From contig JAEUOD010000120.1 in the NCBI GenBank assembly GCA_016791065.1, positions 11,214 to 75,213 of the forward strand: a stretch of 64,000 nt of DNA. Reading direction: 5' to 3'. This DNA comes from Dechloromonas sp. (GTDB taxonomy: Bacteria; Pseudomonadota; Gammaproteobacteria; Burkholderiales; Rhodocyclaceae). The translations under genes and the position numbers were made by a program. Shown piece by piece: positions 58,088 through 64,000 of this stretch (position 1 is the stretch's first letter; every line of letters begins with the position of its first letter). The notes under the pieces were generated by a model. That model saw nothing but the letters and a program-made list of their open reading frames with translations, was not told the DNA's origin and made no database searches.

Positions 58088-58884
58088 CGCAACCAAAAAC
58101 CTACGGCAAACTCATCGGCGCCTCGCTCGGCCCCGGCGATCCCGAACTGATCACCCGCCGTGCCTGGGCGGTACTGCAATCCGGCGCACGCTGGCTGTAT
58201 CCGGTGAAGAAGGCAGAGGAATCGTCCTACGCGCTGTCGATCGTCGCGCGCGGCGGCATTGCCGTGCCGGCCGACGCGGTCGAGCTGGTCTTCCCGATGA
58301 CCCGCGACGCCGGGATTCTGGCCAAGGCCTGGGCGCGTGCGGCCCAGCAGACCGTCGAACTGCTCTCCGAAGGCCGCGACCTGGTCTTCCTGGTCGAAGG
58401 CGATGCCTCGACCTTCGCCACCTTCGGCCACTTGGCCCGCGTCGTCCGCGAACTGCTGCCGGATATCGAGGTCGAGACCATTCCCGGCGTTTCTTCCTTC
58501 GCCGCCGCCGCCGCCAGCAGCGGCGTGACCCTGGCCGAAGAGGATGAGACCTTCGCCATCATTCCGGCCGCCTACGGGGTCGAGGTCATCAATCACCTGC
58601 TCGACGAGTTCGACACCCTGGCGCTGCTCAAGGTCAAGCCGCTGGTGGACGAGGTCATCGATCTGCTGGCAGCACGCGATCTGCTGGCTACCTCGGTCTT
58701 TATCGAGAAGGTCGGCTCGCCGGACGAGCGCATCGTGCGCGATGTCGCCAGCCTCAAGGGCGAGAAGGTCAACTACCTGTCGTTGATGCTGGTGCAGAAC
58801 CCGAAGCGGATTCGCGGTGAACTGCGCCGGGGCTGCCGCAAGCGTAAGGAAGCCGCCGATGCTTCCGCTGCGGTCGCCGCCTGA
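58084..58884 (+). CDS. cobI: Precorrin-2 C20-methyltransferase (CbiL/CobI)
   Basis: LGPGDPELIT, LVFPM, EGD, IPGVSSF, YLSL. Confidence 0.92.
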   Translation: MTQPKTYGKLIGASLGPGDPELITRRAWAVLQSGARWLYPVKKAEESSYALSIVARGGIAVPADAVELVFPMTRDAGILAKAWARAAQQTVELLSEGRDLVFLVEGDASTFATFGHLARVVRELLPDIEVETIPGVSSFAAAAASSGVTLAEEDETFAIIPAAYGVEVINHLLDEFDTLALLKVKPLVDEVIDLLAARDLLATSVFIEKVGSPDERIVRDVASLKGEKVNYLSLMLVQNPKRIRGELRRGCRKRKEAADASAAVAA

Positions 58885-58921
58885 TGTTCCCTATAGCCAA
58901 ACTCTACCGAGAATCCATCCC

Positions 58922-59653
58922 ATGAAAATCGCCGTCGTCTCTATCACCAAACACGGCATCGCGCTGGCCGGCAAGGTAGTCGCCGCGTTGCCGGGCGCCC
59001 AGTTGTTCTGCCCCGAGAAATTCCGTGCCGAAGGCGAAGCCGCCGCTCCCGGCGCCTGCCATTGCTACGAAGGCAAGGTCGGCTACCAGGTGCCGGCGCT
59101 GTTCGCTGCCTTCGAGGGCATTGTCTGCATCGTCTCGCTCGGCGCCGTCGTCCGCCTGATCGCGCCGCATCTGAAGAACAAGGAAACCGATCCGGCCGTG
59201 GTCGTCATCGACGAAGCCGGGAAGTTCGTCATCCCCATGCTCTCCGGCCACCTCGGCGGCGCCAACCAGCTCGCCGGCCACCTCGCCACGGCGCTCGGCG
59301 CCCAGGCCGTGCTGACTACCGCCTCCGACGCCCGCGCAACCATCGCCGTCGACCTGCTCGGCCGCGAACTGGGCTGGAGGTTCGAGGCCAGCCACGACGA
59401 AATCGTCCGCTGCAGTGCGGCGATGGTGAACGACGAAGCAGTCGCGCTGGTCCAGGAAGCCGGCAGCACCGACTGGTGGGCCAACCACGCCAACGGGCGC
59501 AAGGGGCCGCTGCCGGCCAACGTGACGCAGTTCGCGACGCTTGAAGAGGTGCCGCTCGATCGCTTCGCCGCGGTGCTATGGGTCAGCCAGCGGGAGATGC
59601 CGGGCGAGATTGCGGCGCAATTGGCCGGAAGACGGGTGGTTTATCGTCCGTGA
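58922..59653 (+). CDS. cbiG: CbiG N-terminal and central domains (split gene, part 1)
   Basis: LGAVVRLIAP, K.TDPAVVV.DE, LSGHLGGAN, TTASD; ends VVYRP. Confidence 0.9.
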   Translation: MKIAVVSITKHGIALAGKVVAALPGAQLFCPEKFRAEGEAAAPGACHCYEGKVGYQVPALFAAFEGIVCIVSLGAVVRLIAPHLKNKETDPAVVVIDEAGKFVIPMLSGHLGGANQLAGHLATALGAQAVLTTASDARATIAVDLLGRELGWRFEASHDEIVRCSAAMVNDEAVALVQEAGSTDWWANHANGRKGPLPANVTQFATLEEVPLDRFAAVLWVSQREMPGEIAAQLAGRRVVYRP

Positions 59654-59930
59654 ACGCTGGCATGAACACTTTTCAACCGTTGCTTTCCGCCGTTGAGCGG
59701 CGTCTCCCTTTCTTTGCTTCGCCAAAGAAAGGAAGCAAAGAAAGGCGACCCCAGCGTTCGCGCCGGGCCTCTGGCCCGGTTCCCTGCGCTGCTCAATCGG
59801 CCGGGCGGTTCGCAAGACTCGCCTGCGGCTCAAACATTGCGAACCGACTTCCCCCGGCCGCTCTGCGCTGCTCGGCGCTCTCGATGGGGAAGGGGGCACT
59901 CCGTACCACTCTTGGTCGCGGCGGAACGCC
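59654..59930. repeat. Structured intergenic element (palindromic repeat/MITE-like or ncRNA) between the two cbiG halves
   Basis: Several perfect stems, duplicated CAAAGAAAGG and duplicated CTGCGCTGCTC within 277 bp of an otherwise tightly packed operon. Confidence 0.65.
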
Positions 59931-60338
59931 ATGAAAATCGCCCTTGCCCTTGCCCTCGGCCTCGGTTGCGACCGCGGCACCCCGGCCAGCACCATCGCCC
60001 AGTGCATCAGCGAAGCGCTGACCGAAGCCAAGCACACGCTGGCCGATGTGCAAGCCGTCGCCTCCATCGACCTGAAGGCCGATGAAGTCGGCCTGGCCGA
60101 AGTTGCCCGGGCTAACGGCTGGAGCATCCGCTTCTACCCGGCGGTCGAATTGGCCTTGGTCGCCGTGCCGAACCCGTCCGAGACCGTGCGCAAATACACC
60201 GGCACGCCTTCCGTTTCCGAAGCGGCGGCAATCCTCGTCGCTGGGGCCGACCCAAGCCATCTGATCATCGAAAAACACAAGCTGCGCGGCCCGGACGGCC
60301 GCAATGCGACCGTTTCCATTGCAAGGATTCCCCAATGA
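59931..60338 (+). CDS. CbiG C-terminal/CobE-like domain protein (split gene, part 2)
   Basis: LGLGCDRG, ASIDLKADE.GL, VPNPS..V....GTPSVSEAAA. Confidence 0.9.
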   Translation: MKIALALALGLGCDRGTPASTIAQCISEALTEAKHTLADVQAVASIDLKADEVGLAEVARANGWSIRFYPAVELALVAVPNPSETVRKYTGTPSVSEAAAILVAGADPSHLIIEKHKLRGPDGRNATVSIARIPQ

Positions 60339-61327
60339 ACGCACCTGAAAAATTCGCCAAGACCGGCAAGATCATGCTCGTCGGCCTCGGCCCGGGCAGT
60401 AACGACCATCTCACCGCCCGCGCTCGCGCGGCAATCGCCGAGGCCGACACGATCATCGGCTACGTCACCTATATCCGCCTGGTCGCCGACCTGGTGGAGG
60501 GCAAGGAGGTCATCAAGAAGTCGATGACCGAGGAACTCGACCGCGCGATCGAGGCCCTGGAGCGGGCGCAGCAGGGCAAGCGGGTGGCGCTGATTTCCTC
60601 CGGCGACGCCGGCGTCTACGGCATGGCCGGGCCGACCTTCGAGGTGTTGTTCCAGGCCGGGTGGACGCCGGACTCCGGCATCGAGGTCGAGATCGTGCCC
60701 GGTGCCTCGGCGATCAACACCTGCGCTGCGCTGGTCGGTGCGCCGCTGACCCACGATTTCTGCGCCATCTCGCTGTCGGACCTGCTGACACCTTGGCCGA
60801 CCATCGCCCGTCGCCTCGATGCCGTGGCCTACGCGGATTTTGTCGTCGCGCTGTACAACCCGAAGAGTGGCCGCCGCACGCAGCAGATCGTCGAGGCGCA
60901 GCGCCTGTTCCTGCGCCACCGCGACCCGCAGACGCCGGTCGCCATCGTCAAGTCCGGCTTCCGGCCGAAACAGCGCATCGAATTCACCACCCTGGACAAG
61001 ATGAGCGAGGCCGACATCGGCATGCTGTCCACGGTGCTGATTGGCAATTCCAACACCTTCGTCCGACACGGCCTGATGGTGACGCCGCGCGGCTACGCCA
61101 ACAAGTACGCCGTCGAGGAAGGCGAGCGCAACACGCATGACGGTGAACAGGCCGGCCGTTCGCTGTCTACCGGACTCAACGGCTGGATGGCCGCGATCCA
61201 GCAAAGCGGCCAGAGCGCTGCCGAATTGGCTGTCAATTACCGCCTGCCTGAGGACTACATTGCGGCCGTGCTGGCAAGCGAACTGCCGGTGGAGGGTGAG
61301 GCGAACGAAATTGAAGGCGATGCATGA
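60335..61327 (+). CDS. cobJ: Precorrin-3B C17-methyltransferase (CbiH/CobJ) with C-terminal extension
   Basis: VGLGPG, SSGDAGVYGMA, HDF..ISLSDLLTPW, YNPKS, TPRGY. Confidence 0.95.
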   Translation: MNAPEKFAKTGKIMLVGLGPGSNDHLTARARAAIAEADTIIGYVTYIRLVADLVEGKEVIKKSMTEELDRAIEALERAQQGKRVALISSGDAGVYGMAGPTFEVLFQAGWTPDSGIEVEIVPGASAINTCAALVGAPLTHDFCAISLSDLLTPWPTIARRLDAVAYADFVVALYNPKSGRRTQQIVEAQRLFLRHRDPQTPVAIVKSGFRPKQRIEFTTLDKMSEADIGMLSTVLIGNSNTFVRHGLMVTPRGYANKYAVEEGERNTHDGEQAGRSLSTGLNGWMAAIQQSGQSAAELAVNYRLPEDYIAAVLASELPVEGEANEIEGDA

Positions 61328-62082
61328 TTGCCGGCTCGCCCTTCCCGAGCGGTGGCATTTCCCTGGTCGGCGCTGGCCCCGGCGATCCCGAACTGATCAC
61401 GCTGCGCGGCTATCGCCGGCTGCAGCAGGCGGAGGTGCTGGTCTATGACAATCTTGTCAGCGCGGCCGTTGTCGATTACGCACCGCAAGACGCCGAGCGC
61501 ATTTATGTCGGGAAATCTGCCGGTCGTCACACGCTGCCGCAGGAAGAAATCAACCAGTTGCTGCTCGCCAGGGTAAGAACGGGAAAGCGCGTCGTGCGCT
61601 TGAAGGGGGGCGATCCATTCGTGTTTGGTCGCGGCGGCGAGGAAATGGATCTCCTGCTCGAAAATGGTGTCGCAGTCGAGATCGTGCCCGGCATAACAGC
61701 TGCGCTGGGCGCCGCGGCGAGCTTCGGCTTCCCGCTGACGCATCGCGATTACGCCCAGAGTTGCCTGTTCGTCACCGGCCATCTCAAGGATCACAGTGTC
61801 GATCTCAACTGGCAGGCGCTGGCGCAGCCCAACCAGACGTTGGCGATCTACATGGGCGTCACCGGCCTCGATACCATCGTTCGCGAACTGCAGGCTGCCG
61901 GCTTGCCGGGAGAGACGCCAGCGGCCCTGATCTATCGCGCTACCTGGCCCGAACAGAAGCTTTTCCCGGCGACGCTGTCCACGCTGGTCAATGTGGCGGC
62001 GAGGCATGAGGTCAAACCGCCGGCTTTGTTGATCATCGGCAAGGTGGTCGGCTTGCTCCCGAATCTCTGCCTTTCCAAATGA
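61324..62082 (+). CDS. cobA: Uroporphyrinogen-III C-methyltransferase (CobA)
   Basis: VGAGPGDPELITL, RLKGGDPFVFGRGGEE, PLTHR, VTGH. Confidence 0.95.
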   Translation: MIAGSPFPSGGISLVGAGPGDPELITLRGYRRLQQAEVLVYDNLVSAAVVDYAPQDAERIYVGKSAGRHTLPQEEINQLLLARVRTGKRVVRLKGGDPFVFGRGGEEMDLLLENGVAVEIVPGITAALGAAASFGFPLTHRDYAQSCLFVTGHLKDHSVDLNWQALAQPNQTLAIYMGVTGLDTIVRELQAAGLPGETPAALIYRATWPEQKLFPATLSTLVNVAARHEVKPPALLIIGKVVGLLPNLCLSK

Positions 62083-62112
62083 TCGCAGGGCCGTGGGTTT
62101 GGGGCCGCTGCT

Positions 62113-62874
62113 TCAGTCCGCTCCGGGTGCCAGCCGGGCCAGCGGATCCTGCCGGTAGTATCGGCCAAACAGCGCATAGAGCGTGGGGTATTCGGCAGCG
62201 ACCACGTCGGGCATCTCGAAGAAACTCTCGCTGACTACGGCGAAGAACTCGGCCGGGTCGTCGCTGGCGTAGGGGTCGATGACGGTTTCTTCGCCGGCGT
62301 CGACACGCCGGCAGAAGTCGTCGTAGGCCGTGAAGAAAATATCCTCCCATTCGGCCGCAGCGATTCCCGAATGCAGGGCGGGCATGCCGTCGGCCTCGCC
62401 ATTGAGCATGTCGAGCTTGTGGGCGAATTCGTGGATCACGACGTTGTAGCCGTCGCCGGCCAGTTGCACGTCGTGCCAGGAGACCAGCAGCGGTCCACCT
62501 TCCCAGGCTTCGCCGGAGAGCACGTCGTCGTATTCGTGGACGATGCCGTCCTCGTCCTCGATGCGGCGCGATACGACGAACTCGTCGGGATAGACGACGA
62601 TGCCGAGCCAGTCGCGGTAAGCGGCAAGGCCGAGGTTTAGGATGGGCAGGCAGCCCTGGGCGGCGATGGCGACGCAGATCTCGTCGGAGAGTTCGAGGCC
62701 GCCGGCGGTACTGAATTCCTTTTCGGCGAGAAACTGTTCGGCCAGTGTCTTCAACCGTTGTTGATCATCCGCCGGAAGGCTGGCGAGAAATGGTAGGGCG
62801 GCGATGGTCGCTGCCCAGACGGCGGGAGGAATGGGACGCGACTTGTCGCGGCGCAGCCAGTCGAGCAGGCCCAT
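62113..62874 (-). CDS. mtfA: MtfA-family (M90) zinc peptidase
   Basis: IAAQ.CLP, GEAW..GP, NVVIHEFAHKLD, DPYA....EFFAV.SE.FF. Confidence 0.9.
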   Translation of the reverse strand: MGLLDWLRRDKSRPIPPAVWAATIAALPFLASLPADDQQRLKTLAEQFLAEKEFSTAGGLELSDEICVAIAAQGCLPILNLGLAAYRDWLGIVVYPDEFVVSRRIEDEDGIVHEYDDVLSGEAWEGGPLLVSWHDVQLAGDGYNVVIHEFAHKLDMLNGEADGMPALHSGIAAAEWEDIFFTAYDDFCRRVDAGEETVIDPYASDDPAEFFAVVSESFFEMPDVVAAEYPTLYALFGRYYRQDPLARLAPGAD

Positions 62875-63770
62875 CACTTCCTCATGGTCAGCCAGATGCC
62901 GGTGAAGATCAGGGCGATCCCGAGATAGTGGTACCAGTAGGGAATCTCGCCGAGGAAGATGACCGAGAGGATGGTGCCGAAGACCGGCATCAGGTGGATG
63001 AAGAGGCTGCCCTTGTTGGCGCCGACCTCGGCTACGCCTCGGTTGTAGAAGATGTAGCCGAGGAAGCTCGGGAAGATGCCGACATAGGCCAGCGAGGCGA
63101 GTGAACCGAGGTGCACGTTGATCTGCCGGCCCTGCGCCATTTCCCAGAGATAGGCCGGGAAGAGGGCGAGGACACCGACCGTGGTCATCGCCGCCAGCAT
63201 TAGCATCGGATGCACGCCGGCCGGGCGCCAGGCGAGGCCGACGGTGTAGAGCGCCCAGACTAGCACTGCGCCGAGCATCCAGGCATCGCCGAGGTTGAGG
63301 TTGAGATGGGCCAGCACCTGCGGGTCGCCACGGGCGACGATGGTCAGCGCGCCGATCATCGAGACCAGCACGCCGATTGCCTGCGGCCGGGACAGGTGCT
63401 TGCCGAGGAAGATCCAGGAAATGGCGATGGTGACGACCGGGATGAAGGAGTTGAGCAGCACGGCATTGGTCGCCGTGGTGTATTGCAGGGCGATGTAGGC
63501 GAAGGTGTTGTAGCAGCCGACGCCGATCAGGCCAAGGATGAGGATCGGCTTCCAGCCCTGCTTGAGCAGCGACCACTGGCTCTTGAGGTGGGGCAGGGCG
63601 AGCGGCAGGACGAGGGCGAGGGCAATCGCCCAGCGCCAGAAGGCCAGCGCCAGCGGCGGGACGTCGGCACGGATGCCGCGGCCGAGCACCATGTTGCCCG
63701 ACCAGAAGAGCGCGGTCAGGGTCAGCAGCAGGTAGGGGTTGGTGTAGAAATGGCGGGGATTTGGAGTCAT
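62874..63770 (-). CDS. DMT/EamA-family transporter
   Basis: About 10 TM, WSGN, ALQYTTA.N, PVFG, LGE repeats. Confidence 0.92.
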   Translation of the reverse strand: MTPNPRHFYTNPYLLLTLTALFWSGNMVLGRGIRADVPPLALAFWRWAIALALVLPLALPHLKSQWSLLKQGWKPILILGLIGVGCYNTFAYIALQYTTATNAVLLNSFIPVVTIAISWIFLGKHLSRPQAIGVLVSMIGALTIVARGDPQVLAHLNLNLGDAWMLGAVLVWALYTVGLAWRPAGVHPMLMLAAMTTVGVLALFPAYLWEMAQGRQINVHLGSLASLAYVGIFPSFLGYIFYNRGVAEVGANKGSLFIHLMPVFGTILSVIFLGEIPYWYHYLGIALIFTGIWLTMRK

Positions 63771-63823
63771 TTTGTGAATTATGCCTGAGCGGTGCGTCGG
63801 GTCTCAGACGGTATAATCGCGGC

Positions 63824-64000
63824 ATGGTTTCAGTCGTTCATTCCGTCGCCGCGCAGAGCGACTTCGATCAGTTCCTGGCAACCCTCTCCGTGGGGCTTTC
63901 CGCCGAGGAGTCCGCTGCACTCAAAAAGGCCGTCGAGTTCGCCTGGGAAACCTACGGCGACAAGACCCTGGGCAGTGGCGAACGCATCTGGTCGCACGCC
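63824..64000 (+). CDS. relA: RelA/SpoT (p)ppGpp synthetase, 5' fragment (runs off the window)
   Basis: Not in ORF track; MVSVVHSVAAQSDFDQFL...AVEFAWETYGDKTLGSGERIWSHA resembles the RSH N-terminus (A...Y......SGE....H). Confidence 0.7.
   Translation, partial: MVSVVHSVAAQSDFDQFLATLSVGLSAEESAALKKAVEFAWETYGDKTLGSGERIWSHA

Noticed and set aside
58922-60338. cbiG as a disrupted pseudogene
   Set aside because: Both halves are intact ORFs that break at a domain boundary, part 2 has its own start and overlaps cobJ, and split cbiG genes are known
62113-63825. 570-aa ORF suggesting a fusion onto MtfA
   Set aside because: Upstream part is an alternative frame of the DMT gene; MtfA begins at 62874

Overview
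GC-rich betaproteobacterial chromosome segment; gene content and order suggest Rhodocyclales (Dechloromonas/Azonexus-like, an inference). The housekeeping backbone is metY, mnmC, lysS, prfB (programmed +1 frameshift), recJ, lolC/E-lolD, comEC, mtfA and the 5' end of relA. Interleaved with it are many signalling genes (four histidine kinases, two GGDEF-EAL proteins with degenerate GGDEF motifs, one MCP, one AraC regulator), a nifJ-type pyruvate oxidoreductase with a dihydroorotate-dehydrogenase-like partner, two PEP-CTERM surface proteins and a cobalamin-riboswitch-led cbiMNQO plus anaerobic corrin-ring operon. I saw no tRNA, rRNA, CRISPR array, integrase or transposase. Most unusual items: a highly structured, triplex-capable ~277 bp element sitting at the split point of cbiG; an MnmC whose methyltransferase motifs are all degenerate; a secreted ferritin-like (DUF2202) PEP-CTERM protein; a sigma54 promoter with TGT-N11-ACA sites upstream of a THxN PEP-CTERM gene; a Cys-insert hemerythrin; a 15-codon coupling minigene in the cob operon; and candidate leaderless/bidirectional promoters at comEC and relA. 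All family calls come from motif recognition by eye; no database search was run.
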